Below, piece after piece: positions 37,451 through 50,610 of a DNA stretch of 64,000 nucleotides (its first letter is position 1; every line of letters starts with the position of its first letter). The notes below the pieces were generated by a model. The model was given only the letters and a program-made list of their open reading frames with translations. It did no database searches and had not been told where the DNA came from. Source of the DNA: Octopus sinensis (lineage: Eukaryota); contig NC_043003.1 in the NCBI RefSeq assembly GCF_006345805.1, forward strand, positions 92,690,001-92,754,000. Reading direction: 5' to 3'. The translations under genes were made by a program, and so were the position numbers.

Positions 37451-38499
37451 TAGAGGAAGTGATGGCTACTATCTAGTCAGCGGGTGAGGTAGACTTGGAG
37501 AATTCTAATATCTTGTCCGCATACGTAGCTATTTGTTCAAGAGAGTTACTCTCTTTCACAGGTGCTGAGATGGACTGTACATTGGGTGTACAGAATATTT
37601 AAAATGGATTGATTCAGCTTCAGGCCTCTAACAAAGATTGATCGATCGGTCTGTTTGTCTATCTGTCTGTCTGTGTGCGTGTGAAGACAAGAACATGAAA
37701 TACATTGGTGAGATATCTAGAAGCATTACAGAGAGACTAAATGAAAATATGAGACAATAGTGTGGCTTGCATATATTACTTGATATCCGAAGGATCCAAC
37801 ACTCAGACAAATAAAGGAGTACATCAGCATGAATAAAACATCCCCTGTACTTTGGCTGGATGCCCTGTAGTTAATGGTAACGGGAAGATTGAGAAACAAC
37901 AACCAGAATAACAACAAAAATTTAATTTATTGAAAGTTGGTTTCGAAAAACAAAAACAAAACAAAACCAATGTTGAATAGTATGACATTTTTTAAAAACA
38001 ATTTAGGTATATATATATATGTATATATGCACACAGGCATACATAATATACACACACTTATATGCTTATATATATATGCATACAGGCATATACAATACAC
38101 ACACGCGTATGCTTATATATATGTATATATATATATATACACAAACACACACATACATATATACACTCCCAGGCATACATATATGCACATATAATAAATA
38201 TAATGTATATCACACACATGCACACACACCTAACCCATGCTAGCATGGAAAAACGGACGTAAAATAAAAGAAAATTTGTATGTATATAATATATATATGT
38301 CATATATATAGGATTGTGTGTGCTTGTCTGTGTGTATGTGATTTGAAGAACATGTCTTGTGTGCTGACATGTCTAAGAACAGAAGCAACATGACATTCTT
38401 TAAAGCTTCATGTTATCTTAAATTAAATTGACAATGAAAGAGAGAGAGAGAGACGGATAGAATCAGGCTATGGCAGGTGTCCATGCACATAGGTATGGT

Positions 38500-38530
<31 letters not shown>

Positions 38531-39346
38531 TTGTGCATTTTACAAAGCAGTTGTCATACAGCTGATAATAGATTAAATGAACATAATGCAAAAATATGCA
38601 TATATGCACACACATACAATCACTCGTGCACACACATAAACAGTTATACTGGTAGTTTTTTTCAGCAGCATTGTAGCAGGCCATAAATATGATATAAAGA
38701 ATGCAGCACCCAGACTAGAAGACAAATGGACAGCAGAGGAGGCTCTAAGTCATAAATAAAGTGTAATATATATACAAGCTACACTTGGTGCAGCAGCTAC
38801 ATTGACTGCTGCCGCCGCCGCTGTTGCTGCTGCTGCTGTGGGCAAGCTATGTTGAAGGGAGAAATGTCAATGGATTCTAGCACAGCAACACTAGGAACAA
38901 TAAATAGAATTTACGGGGAGGAGGGCACAGGAGGAGAAGAAAGCAAGCCAGAAGAGTTTTATAAACAGGACGTTTGCAACCAGTCATTATTATGAGGTTG
39001 GGGTTGGTAATGGATGGAGGAAAGGAGTAGAAGGGGGCGGGAGCTGTTGTGAAGGAGTACGCAGGGCATTGGATAGTCACTTTTCTTGCTTTAGTTTTCA
39101 TTCCTCGGAATTTTGGGCGGAAAAATGAAAAATAAATAAATGTATAAATATGAGGAAAACAAAATAAATAGGGGGGGGGGGACTGGAGAAACAGAAACCA
39201 AACAAAAGGAAACAAAAAACAGAGGATTTACACTGCAGTATCAGTGTGAAAGGGGACAACAGTCAAACAGTCTGTTTTTTAAAGGGGCAGCAAACAGCAG
39301 GCTAAGATGGCACTGGAATGCAGGCAAATGCAGTTAATGTGGGAAT

Positions 39347-39428
39347 CTACTTGGGGACAAGACCTCTAGATGTAGGGTATAGTTGAGATCCTTTTTTGTT
39401 ATTGTTAGCTCCTCCAGCAGTCTTTGGT
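39347..39428 (-). CDS. KIF3B: KIF3B-like last coding exon
   Basis: T-run...gtttcag|A CCA AAG ACT... = (R)PKTAGGANNNKKGSQLYPTSRGLVPK*. The C-terminus matches the KIF3B end SQLYPQSRGLVPK. Confidence 0.95.
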
Positions 39429-40159
39429 CTGAAACAAAAAAAAAAAAGAAGTTTTCTTTTATTAAATGGTAGCAACAACAAAATTGAAATATATATATAT
39501 ATATATTTTGAACTTAGTGGACAGTGAACGCAAGCAAATTCCCACCTGGGAAATGTAACAGTAATTGCATGTATGGTGAGAAGAGGGAAAGACAAAATGG
39601 AAGACACAGCAAAAAAAAAAAAGAAAAAAAAAAAGTAATTTATGAGTCAGTTAAAGAAGTCAAAGCATGTCAGAAACACAAATGAAGATGTCAAAATCAT
39701 TCTGCGTCTTTTCTAACTTTCGTTAGATTTGTGCTGGATTTTTGTTTAATTTTGATGAACTAACTAGCTACTTGTCATCACATAATGACACATGAAGTGA
39801 GAAAAAATAAAAACAAAAAACAACAAAAAACAAACAAACAAATGAAAATTCATAATTAGCTGCACACACACACACACAAAAAAGAGACAAGACTAGTTTT
39901 ATGTAAAAATATTACATAGATGACTTGTAAAAAAAAAAAAAAAAGTAGGAAAAATGGTGTTCTATAGTGAATGTCATAAACCAAGGTTATTCAGACAATG
40001 TTAGTTTAAATACTGGAAATGTTAATTCAATAAAACTATGAGTAGGACAAGGGCAACAACAAAAAAAAGTGTAAAATATAAAGAAAATAAGTTATGGAGA
40101 ACAATATAATCATGATGCAAACACAAGAAAGACAGTTCCAAATGTACAAATGTGTAAGT

Positions 40160-40193
40160 GTGTGTATACACGCACACAAATATAGACATATGC

Positions 40194-40224
<31 letters not shown>

Positions 40225-40380
40225 TACTAATATGTACATATGCATATATATGTGTGCGTGTATATATATATACACACACATACACCACACAAACATAGAC
40301 ATATGCACATATTATATATACACATATACAAATATATACATATGTACATATGCACACATACACAAATATATACATATGGA
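40160..40380. repeat. Degenerate (AC)/(AT) microsatellite
   Basis: Directly visible; a similar tract lies at ~38000-38230. Confidence 0.9.
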
Positions 40381-42214
40381 TAGATGAGTATATGGGAACG
40401 TTTAATTAGTTAGCTGAACTAACAAGTCAAACAATCTGTAAAGGGTTGCATCTCCAAGGCAATGGTACTGAAAAATGTAAATAAGAAACAGCAATCCATA
40501 TTAATTGTTGATAGAGGCACAGCAAACCCAAAAGGACACACTGCAATGCAGGGGTTTGCCAATGACAGAACACACGGTTACCTTTATGTGTGTCCTGAAG
40601 AGGTGAATCACATGATGAACATGAGAATCATAAGAAAAGCCAACAAGACCAATGTCATCAAGAATTTGGGGGAACTGCAACACAAGTACGTCAAAATTTG
40701 TCATCATTTACTTCATTAAAAAAAATGCCTGCATAATTAATTACTAGTATGGAACATGTAAATTTGTTAAATAGCAAGGAAAACAATGACTAAATAATGG
40801 TTTGAGATTTGATCCATAAAATATTTTAAACACACACACACATCATTATCATCATTTCCCACCCAATCCTTCCAGTGTCAACTATTGTGCAAGATCCAAC
40901 CTTCACCAGCGCTGGACAAGAAAGGGTCTTCATACTTCCTTCAAAAGTGTCCAGAGAACCTTTTAGCTGTAGACTTGCACATATACAATTTGCACGAATT
41001 TCCTGTTCTTTTAACAGATCTCTCATTCATAAGTTTCTACAACTCTTCTGTAAGCTAAAGAGAAAGTTGCTATCATTTGTAACAGGTTGTTTGATGTAAG
41101 CATAATTGTAGAACAAAAAGACAGCATACTCAGTCTGCATACAAGGTTTATTCACTGCACTGCTACAGTATCAATTGTAGCAAGGAGTCTAACCTTCTAC
41201 CTTCATCCTACAGCTTACATTCATCTTGCAATGAAGCCTCATGCATCATCCAGTGGTGAGTAGAGAGCCTATGAATATATTTGTTGCTTGTTGATTATTA
41301 ATCAACTTATAAGGGTGTATTTGAGTGTAGGAGATTAACCTAAACATCTCTTAGGTTTTAGCAATAAAACTTTTCAGTTGATAAGTATTAGCCACAAGGA
41401 AAGAAGCAAAGACACATTTGAGGACCAAGAAGGATTTTTTCCACTTCCCACTGAAGAACTGTGATATCATTCAAGCCCAGCCCACACTGTTGTAACCATG
41501 GCAACTGCTAATATCAACACTACCTGCATATTAATGAATGACCAACGAGAAAATCGCAAAAGCCTAATGCATATATTTCCTATCACCATCTGGTTTCTAT
41601 GATGACATGGCTAGTGTAGGTCATCACAGTTTGAGTTATTTCTCACTGGAAGCTACTGCTTGATTTCTATGGCTGAATGTTCTCCCAAATGCCAATGCTC
41701 TTGAACTGCATTGTCTTTACAACTCATCTACTTTATGAAAATGCTGGTAGTCAAGTAGAAACACAACCAGTGAAGAGAGTGGTGGTTTATATTTTGTCAC
41801 TGGTGCAGTACTGCATTCAAGGGCAATACTAAATACACCAACAAAATTGTGCACTTAGCTAGGTAGAAAACTCACATATCTGTGTAGCAGCAGAAGCACT
41901 GCAAAACTGACATATTATTTGTTACAGTGCTGAATCAAACTCCTATTATAATTATAGCATGCAGTAGGATAGACTTCAGCAAGCTAATTTGCTGAAGATA
42001 CTTTTCTTGAAGATGGAGTCATCACCAATGTCCCTATGAGCTACAGGGTTAAAGTCTCTTATATCTGTATTATCTGCACCTTCTATTTTATTTTCCATTC
42101 TTAAGAGTCCTTTGAAGCCAAATTTCAATGTAAATAAATACTCTTTTATCCTATTATAAACATCTAAAAATATCCTCTTTTATTTTTCCATGTGCTGTGC
42201 TGTGTGCGAGAAGA

Positions 42215-42737
42215 CCCGGCAGGACAAGTGAGTCCATAACCCGTGGCCTTCTACATGGGATGGAGCCAGCCTACGTATGCATACCTTCCCTTCTTGGACA
42301 CAAAACTCTACTTGTGAAGACCTGTTGAGGCAAGTGAGGATCAGAATCGAAATCGATCAATGGAAATTGCAAATGTGTTACCAGTGCCGGTGGCATGTAA
42401 GAGAACCTTCTGTTTCAGCGCCGCCCCGACTGGCCTCGTGCCGGTGGCACGTAAAAAGCACCATCCGTTTGTGTCCGTTGCCAGCCTCGCCTGGCCCCCA
42501 TGCCGGTGGCACATAAAAAGCACCATCTGTTCGTGGCTGTTTGCCAGCTCTGTCTAGCACCTGTGCGGGTGGCACGTAAAAAGCACCCACTACACTCACG
42601 GAGTGGTTGGCGTTAGGAAGGGCATCCAACTGTAGAAACACTGCCAGATTTGACTGGGCCTGATGAAGCCTTCTGGCTTCACAGACCCCAGTAGAACCGT
42701 CCAACCCATGCTAGCATGGAAAACGGACGCTAAACGA
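42215..42737 (+). mobile_element. RTE-tailed SINE-like element, longest copy, (GAT)n tail
   Basis: Four GTGCCGGTGGCACGTAAAAAGCACC-like modules, then GTTGGCGTTAGGAAGGGCATCC...CATGCTAGCATGGAAAACGGACG and a (GAT)n tail. Confidence 0.8.
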
Positions 42738-43023
42738 TGATGATGATGATGATGATGTCATTGATGCCAGTGCCGCCTTGATTGGCTTCCGTGTCAGTGG
42801 CACGTAAAAAGCACCAACCGATCATGACCATTGCCAGCCTCCCCTAGTATGTAAGAAGCATCCACTACACTCACAGAGTGGTTAGCGTTAGGAAGGGCAT
42901 CCAGCTGTAGAAACACAGCCAGATCAGACTGGAGCCTGATGCAGCTTCCTGGCTTCCCAGACCCCGGTCAAACCGTCCAACTCATGCTAGCATGGAAAAC
43001 GGACGTTAAACGATGATGATGAT
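42738..43023 (+). mobile_element. RTE-tailed SINE-like element, tandem copy
   Basis: Same modules and (GAT)n tail directly after the previous copy. Confidence 0.8.
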
Positions 43024-43591
43024 CTGTGTCCCAAATTATCTCACTACTGTCATTGTCTTACTGACTATGCTTTGAAACTGCCTATACATTCTTCATTGGT
43101 AGATGACATGATACTGGCTATAGTTTATATATATGCGTTCTGCAGGGGTACCTTAAGCCTAGTAGGTCACTTCAATGACCTGCAATGCAAGCAAAAGAAT
43201 GGTTTATTCCTACATAATGTGGCAAGAAGACTGAAAAAGTTTAAAGTTTTTTTAACGTTTGATAAGAGCAATGATTGTTATCACCTGCAATATAAGTTTC
43301 AGAAAAGAAGTTAGTCAACCAACCAGATAGGAAGACCGATAGACAGTGTGTCTGGTTATTAATGGTTACATGTGACTTTAGGTTTAGAGCAAGGAGAATA
43401 GAAAGATCTGGAATTTCACCTCTTCCATACAGAGATGAAATGACCATGTAATTATGATATCAGGCTACCAGCTGAAAGGTCCTGCTACAAATGTTTTAAT
43501 GTCTGTGTGCCAGGCACAGTTTCAGTTCACCTAGCTAGAGAATAAATACCAGTTTATCATGAGAATTTTATTTGCGACAGATTAGTGCCTT

Positions 43592-43912
43592 ATCATCATC
43601 ATCATCGTTTAACGTCTGTTTTCCGCGCTAGCACGGGTTGGACGGTTCGACCGGGGTCTGGGAAGCCAGGGGCTGCTCCAGGCTCCAGTCTGATCTGGCA
43701 GAGTTTCTACGGCTGGATGCCCTTCCTAATGCCAACCACTCCGCGAGTGTAGTGGGTGCTTTTTACGTGCCACCTGCACAGGTGCCAGGGAGGGGGTCCG
43801 ACATTGGTCACAATCGGTTGGAGCTTTTAACGTGCCAGCGGCACGGAAGCCAGCCAAGGAAACGCTAGCAACGTTCGGATGGTGCTTTTTATGTGCCACC
43901 GGCACAGGTGAA
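43592..43912 (-). mobile_element. RTE-tailed SINE-like element, inverted relative to 42215-43023
   Basis: (CAT)n CGTTTAACGTC...GGATGCCCTTCCTAATGCCAACC...GGTGCTTTTTACGTGCCACC. Confidence 0.8.
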
Positions 43913-45874
43913 AATTAATTCTCTCATCCACTGATTATTGTGGCTTGTATATAAGTTTCATAAACTTTCCAAAAGGGCTTTGTAATTTTATAAAAGCCAA
44001 GTTCTACACTACACTGGTAAATATTATAATGTGTGTGTGTTTGTGTGTATGAAATAAAGAGATGGTGTAGTGAGCGAGACAAGTTCCATATTAAGGGGAA
44101 CAAGAAGCAGAAGTATGTAAAAGAACATCTGGGGTGAGGTAATTAGATAGGACATTAGAAGGATGGGCTTCACAAACTAGATGATGCAATATTAAAATAA
44201 AACAAAAGACACCGTATGATAGACCAGTCCTGTATTGTAAGGAGTTGATGATGGTAATGGGTATTAAGAAGTTTAATTATGAAAACTGCATGTGTGTGTG
44301 TGCATATGTGTATGTATTTATATGATCACAGAAACAATACTATATCTGTCATGTAATCAATTTATTTATTTACTTATTTTTTTATTATTTCTCTGCTAAT
44401 TCATTAGTTGACAGACCCTTCATTGATTTAGAAGGTTGAATGTAAATTTATGGGCATTTCTTTGTTTATTCATGAGACATATCTTATTGCTTCTTGTATC
44501 CACATGGCACATGGCTCATTGTCTAGTTTGTACACACATTTTACTGCTTTGTTTACACAACATTATCTCGGTATCTTTATATAGCACACACACACATTTC
44601 AGACATTTGTTCATTAGATGTACTAAAGTGTACTCTCAAGAATTTTCATGTCATAGGCTGCAGTTAACCCCTTACACTAATCTCTTTCCTTTCCTTGGTC
44701 CTTCCCTCAGTAGTCTAATCTGCTACTCTCTCTCTCTCCACTATCGTCCTCTCACAACTATAAATATGCCCCTTATACTTTATCCTCTCTTATCACCATG
44801 CTTAGAATCATTACACTCATAAGGATTAGTCTTATACTTAATTAAATTAATGACTAAATTTGTTCTAATCAGAGTACTTATTATTACTGTTACAGAATAA
44901 AAATCTAGTCTTGAACTCCATACCACATCACACATATAACCCCATCATGTGGTGGCAGATTTAGAAGAGCACAGTGGTACTATCAAAGAATGTTGTATCT
45001 TTCCTATCTGTAGAAGGCTTTAGTGATTGTCATAGCAGAGCTAATCCAAGTCTACTTGGTTAATGCACTCCAATATCAGTTCTTCTAGATTTAAGAGTAG
45101 TCATTGACAACATAGATCACTGTGTGAATTCAAATGAGGTGATTGACGTAGTGCTTGTTACAACATCAGAACTATGATCAAAGGCATTCCAGCCATGACT
45201 ATCCTGTCTACTTTCAGTAATAATATTTAGAAGACTGCGTACAAAGTGTGTTTGGATCACCATGTAAAAGTTGTGTGTTTTGTGTTTGGATGGGAGAGAC
45301 ACTGATTCCAGGTTGGAGATGTTGAAGCAATGTTCCGGTGAATTGTAGATTCATCTGCTCATGCATGAATGAAAGACGAAGATAAAAAACAGCTATACAT
45401 GAAGTTGATAGCAGTGATGAACTGTGCCCATCACATATCTGAGTGATCTTTAACTTTACAGAGAACTTTTTGAATTTGCTGTCTGTAAAAATATGTTGAC
45501 ACTTATAGCAACCGGGATAGTTATTTTGGGAGTAAAACATACCCTCAAGAGTAACCATATATCCCATAAGAGGAGACGCTTAGCTCTACTTGCATGGTGT
45601 TTAGCATATGAAATATAAATTACTTTCTGGTAAGGACCTTGGTCTATCATAACTAACATTTCTAGAATATTTGATATCTACTTCTGTCAACAGGGTGAAC
45701 AGAAGTATATAAAAATGTTCTCCCAAACAACAATGTCTGTGATAGATTTGTATTTAAGATCTACAAGCTAATAATACACTGGGTATGTTATGACTATAAT
45801 TTTGTAATTACATTAATTACATCTGAAGCTTTCTACAGCATAAGGCCATTGTCAAACAGGGTTGATCATGTTTC

Positions 45875-46105
45875 TATTTCTTTACTACCCACAAGAGGCT
45901 AAACACAGAGAGGACAAACAAGGACAGACAAACGGATTAAGTTGATTACATCGACCCTAGTGCATAACTGGTACTTAACTTATCGACCCTGAAAGGATGA
46001 AAGGCAAAGTTGACCTCGGCAGAATTTGAACTCAGGACGTAGCGGCAGATGAAATACTGCTATGCATTTCGCCCAGCGTGCTAACGTTTCTGCCAGCTCG
46101 CCGTC
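45875..46105 (-). mobile_element. tRNA-derived SINE, family A
   Basis: Full head and body; TTGATCATGT repeated on both flanks (TSD). Confidence 0.85.
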
Positions 46106-46879
46106 CTTGATCATGTATCTGTGCTAGGAAAGTGGAAAGTTTCTGTCCAAGGCACAGGCCTGAACAAAGGCTTTGTTTTTTTTTTTCAGTGGAAGAGTTA
46201 GCAGTTGCCAGTGTAGCAAGCCTCCTCTCTCTATGCTGCCAATGTTGCCATAGGCAAAGGTAAACATCAAAACAGTTTGGTACAGTGTTGTCACAGGGGA
46301 ATAACAACATAAAGGACCAGAACAAATACAGCAAGACAGCTGTCTGATGTTCTAACATTTCTTTACATCCACTACCCTTCAATGGTATTTTATTTTATCA
46401 ACTCTGGAATGATGAAAGACAAAGTTAACCTTGATAGGATTTGAACTCAGAATGTAAAGAGCTGGGACAAGTGCCATCACTATTGAGTGTATGTACAAGG
46501 TACAGGTATAGCTATGTGGTTAAGAAATTACTTTCCTGCATGTTGAGTTCAGTTTGCATGGCAACTTGAGCAAGTGTCTTCTAATATAGTTCCAGGCTGA
46601 CCAAAATCTTCTAAGTGGATTTGGTTGATGGAGACTGAAAGAAGCACATTGTATGCATGTGTGAGTGTACACACACATACATATAGTGTCTGTGCTTATT
46701 TTGATACCACATGTTAAGTGTAAATGCACAGCTCTGTAATACAAGCAGTAACATTTGTTTCTAATCGTCTGCAAAAATATGTCTCGTCATGAGGTAACAG
46801 GTAAGAGTTGCCAACAAGGACATTTACCTGTAGAAAATCTGTCTCAATGAATTCTGTCTAACTGACTGTTGTTCCTCCA

Positions 46880-47045
46880 TCATCATCATTATCGTTTAAT
46901 ATCTGCCTTCTATGCTGGCATGGGTTGGACGGTTTGACAGGAGTTGGCCAGGTAGGAGACTAACCCAGGCTACTGTGTCTGCTTTGGCAGGGTTTTTACA
47001 GCTGGATGCCCTTCTGAACACCAACCACTCTGCAGAGTGGATAAA
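46880..47045 (-). mobile_element. RTE-tailed SINE-like element, diverged fragment
   Basis: (CAT)n...ATGCTGGCATGGGTTGGACGG...CTGGATGCCCTTCTGAACACCAACC. Confidence 0.7.
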
Positions 47046-47633
47046 ATTTCTATCACTAACTTTTAAACAGAGAAGTAAAGGGTAAACCCTGCTACCAGAC
47101 AAGCAGAATTGTCTTAGTATTTTATCAAGGGGCACAATAGTACATCAGCTTCAACAATAGCAAGATTTGAACTCATGACTATGTGGTCAATAGTCCTGCA
47201 TAATGAATATGTAATTGTCATCTTACCACAAATGAACAATATAAATTTGCACATACATACAAATGGATACCTACATTCATATTTATAATCCCAAGCATAC
47301 ATACGTGTAGTATGACAAAAAAAAGTGGAAAATATTTAAAAAAAAAACGTTCAGGTAAGTTACAGGCAATTCCATGGGTCTTTCTTAATGACAAAATATT
47401 ACCATCAATTTTTTAGTAGTACAGTCCACCTGATGATGAGCCCTGTCTCATGTGGTCTGCATCATGAGAAAGATTACCTATGCCTAGTTTAGATGTTATC
47501 AAGATTCATGAAGTATGCATATGCATGCACATGTGTGTGTGTGTGTGTGTTTGTTTTAGCAAGATAAATCTAAGGAAGCCGTTGTAATGAAAACCTAGTG
47601 AAATGATTTCCATAGAATGGTTAAACTACGTAC

Positions 47634-47687
47634 CTGTCTTTTGATATTTTCTCTTTTTTCTTAGCTTTCATCTTGTTTAATGCAGGA
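47634..47687 (-). CDS. KIF3B: KIF3B-like 54-nt basic tail exon (missed by the ORF track)
   Basis: ttttttctcctcaatag|T CCT GCA...GAC AG|gtacgt = (S)PALNKMKAKKKEKISKD(R). Phase 2-2, bridges the two flanking exons. Confidence 0.82.
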
Positions 47688-47840
47688 CTATTGAGGAGAA
47701 AAAAAAATGAAAATATAAATTCCAACAAAACAGAAAAACAAAATTGAAGTTTGGAAAATACTTGCTAAGGCAACAACATTATTTGACCCTGGTGGGGAAA
47801 AATATAAGATACTGCACTGAATTCATTGAAATTTACTGAC

Positions 47841-47980
47841 CTCTCAATTATGTCTATGTCTTGTTCCATCTTTAGTGCAGCATCTAATGCCGCCTGCACT
47901 CTAGGCGCAACCACAGGGCCTTCATATTCAGATGTGGTTCTTGTTGGCATATCAAGTTGTAATTGTAGAATGTTTTCACC
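47841..47980 (-). CDS. KIF3B: KIF3B-like exon (tail)
   Basis: [46 protein letters not shown]; ttttaacag/gtcagt boundaries. Matches [35 protein letters not shown]. Confidence 0.95.
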
Positions 47981-48105
47981 CTGTTAAAATAGAAATTATA
48001 ATCTTGTAACAGACATTTTAGATTATTGATTAAAAAATATATATAATTTTAGGAAAACAAACTTAAAAATAAAACATATTGGAAAAGTAATATATTTATT
48101 AAAAA

Positions 48106-48470
48106 CTAGCACTATGATCCGGCAACGCCAGGTCATAGTGCAAGTGCATGCATATACAGCTGCGTGCATGCGCACATACATGTGACTACTGTCCAAATCT
48201 CCGACCAATCACATACAGCTAGCTGGCATTCAATTGGCGTATCAAGTTTTGGGCATTTTGATTGGATTTTGGATAAAAAATTCACAAAAAAGTCACTTCT
48301 ATTGATTTTTTAATAGCTTTGCGGGGTGACTGGTGAAATGTAAAGATGTGCACGACCACCCTTGGACGGTTTTGAATGACCATAGAAAGTGCGAGCCCTT
48401 TAACTGAAAAATTGTGGATTTGTATAAAAGACACACACACACAGACAGACATTTTGCCATTTATATATAT
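48106..48470 (-). mobile_element. Non-autonomous Helentron-like element, family 2, copy 2
   Basis: CACTATGA...TCATAGTG hairpin; homologous to 14618-14952; abuts the helicase-bearing element. Confidence 0.7.
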
Positions 48471-49305
48471 ACTAGCAGAATTGCCCGGCGTTGCTCGGGG
48501 CTGAATTGCTTGAAAGTACTGTTAATGATTGCACTGAATTATGATGATTATTCAGGCAAATATTGATATAAGCTTCCGGTGGGAGATAAGGACTTAACGA
48601 TCAAACGTGTGCCATTGCATTGTTTTGGGGGAACCAAATTTCTGATGAGCATTATAGGGGCACCAACTTTAAGTTTGAGAAAGTGTGGTGGTAGTCCGGG
48701 GTGCTCAAAGGAATTGAGTACCTCTATTGGATAGTTGATGACGTCCTCTGGGTCAGGAGTTGTATCGATAGCCTGATATACATAGACTTCCCCAGGAATG
48801 AGTTTTAGCATTTCATCATTAATATGGTGAACAGTTTTATTCCTCGGGGCCAGTATAGCCTTTTTGCCAATCCAATCCATATTCTGATAATTAGCTTGTA
48901 GATCTGGGAACACTGCATCTCTGAGATCAGAAGGCGTCTTAACAATGGTACAAATGGAATCGATGGCAATATTACCATTTTCATCCCCTGGTATTTTGCC
49001 TTCGCCAAGTGCAAGGAGGGTGTGAGGAAATGCTGCTGATGTGATATTACGTCGCATATTGGTGTGAAGTTTGAGAGTTACTTCCCTTTATTAAAAAAAA
49101 TATGCATTAAAATGGAAAAAAATGATGGTAAATTATTTGTAAAATCATAGACTCATCGTAGACGCGCGCTAATACCCAGAAGGGCTCGATATGAATCACG
49201 ACTATAAGATACCCGGTTTTGGTTAAACTGCATCGCAAAATGTGGGAGTAGTTAGGAATCTAAATCGGAGTAGACAGACACACAACCTTTCTTTTATATA
49301 TAAAT
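48471..49305 (-). mobile_element. Helitron/Helentron-derived element carrying a PIF1-like helicase fragment
   Basis: ORF LKLHTNMR...AILAPRN...NYPIEVLNS...GLPPH.LKLKVGAPIMLIRNL..PKQCNGTRLIV. Ends in a CCCGAGCAACGCCGGG hairpin plus CTAGT; 5' ~230 bp shared with 30809-31050. Confidence 0.92.
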
Positions 49306-49414
49306 ATTTTCGTCCTAAAAAACTTTGTATGGATTGAATGGTTACCTCTATGGAAATATATACACGCACATTATACATACATGTGTGTATAGATGAATAT
49401 ATAAATACATTTAA

Positions 49415-50093
49415 ATATCTATATACACTTTTGGGCGATCTTTCTGTTTCTTAGAGATAACTTTATCCCGTCCGATTCGCTCCAAAATTTACAGGGACAT
49501 GTAGAATGAGGTGACGATGCTCGTGGGCTACCTTAGAAATTCCTATCTTAAAAGGTGTGGCTGCTAGGGGCCATCTTCCTCACTCACCCTATTTCCTCCA
49601 GTACCCTGTCACTCCTCTTCATTTGACAAGCCACTATGGTTATTTAATGTAAAGCCTTCCTCAAATCACTCTCTCGCTATTTACTCTCTTCCAAGAACAT
49701 TTTCACTCACTCTTATCTCTTAGCTTCCCATACATTTTACTCATGTATCTATCAGCGTCATAGACAGAAACAAATATTACATCGCCATCGCATTCTATTG
49801 TCTACCTGTCAACACACACACAGTGAATTACTTTCACTTTATTCGTTGCACACTGTGTGTGTGCGTGTGGTGTAGACCACACTAAGAGAAGCATTTGACT
49901 CATACACCACAATGTGAGTTTTCTCTAAATTTTGCTTAATTGGGGTTGAAATTTTAAAAAGTGGACCTGGCAAAACCCGATGCATTCTACTCTTAAAAAT
50001 GCTAGGTAAATTGTAATTGAAGAAATCCTATATTGTAGATTTCTATAAGAGACAAAGGGAGGCAGATAAAATCTGCCTTTTATAATAAGAGAT
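49415..50093 (+). mobile_element. Probable Helentron-like non-autonomous element, family 3
   Basis: Terminal hairpin GGCAGAT-AAA-ATCTGCC (50061-50077) followed by ttttataataagagat; CT-rich interior. Confidence 0.45.
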
Positions 50094-50610
50094 AGATTAC
50101 TGCATCCAAATTACACTGAATATTTTTTTAAGCTTGTCTCAGTGAAGCAATATTCAAGTTAGAATACTCAAGAAATGGTATATCCACACAATTTAGCATC
50201 ATGTCATTTGTTAAAACAGATCCAAGAGGTAAAGTTATAATCGGTCAAACTATATCCCCAATATTTTTTTTTTTACCAAATCATATCATCTTCTCTGTAT
50301 AGCTAATTACCACACCCTCTTTTCAGTACTGGCTCTCAATATGCACACATTGCCCATTCTTATCATACCATACACATATTGATCATTCCTACCCCTGTTC
50401 ACCATTCACCACCTTCATCTGCGATAACATACATCTGACTTCCCTTGTTTATATCCACTCCATTCTCCTCCCACACTTTTACAACTTTATCAATGGTAAG
50501 TATACTTGGGTAAAATTGTACCTGATGGTAACTATGCAAAGAAACATAACTCATTTGAATGGCAAGTACACAAAAATGAATATTTTATCTTGTAGCGATC
50601 ATGGTCATGT

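Noticed and set aside
40826-41100. ORFs on both strands in the last KIF3B intron
   Set aside because: No recognisable domain or splice signals; the lengths are within chance expectation.
42384-42587. CRISPR array (25-nt repeats with ~30-36-nt spacers)
   Set aside because: Eukaryotic context, no cas genes, spacers related to each other, and the same modules recur in many dispersed SINE copies with RTE tails.
42658-42685. Hammerhead core CTGATGA-AGCC-TTCT-GGCT
   Set aside because: No GAAA after the stem; it is a point-mutated version of the SINE sequence CTGGTGCAGCCTTCTGGCT.
45604-45646. Alternative KIF3B terminal exon RPRSLPESNLYFIC*
   Set aside because: The acceptor lacks a polypyrimidine tract, and the canonical last exon at 39347-39428 fully accounts for the C-terminus.
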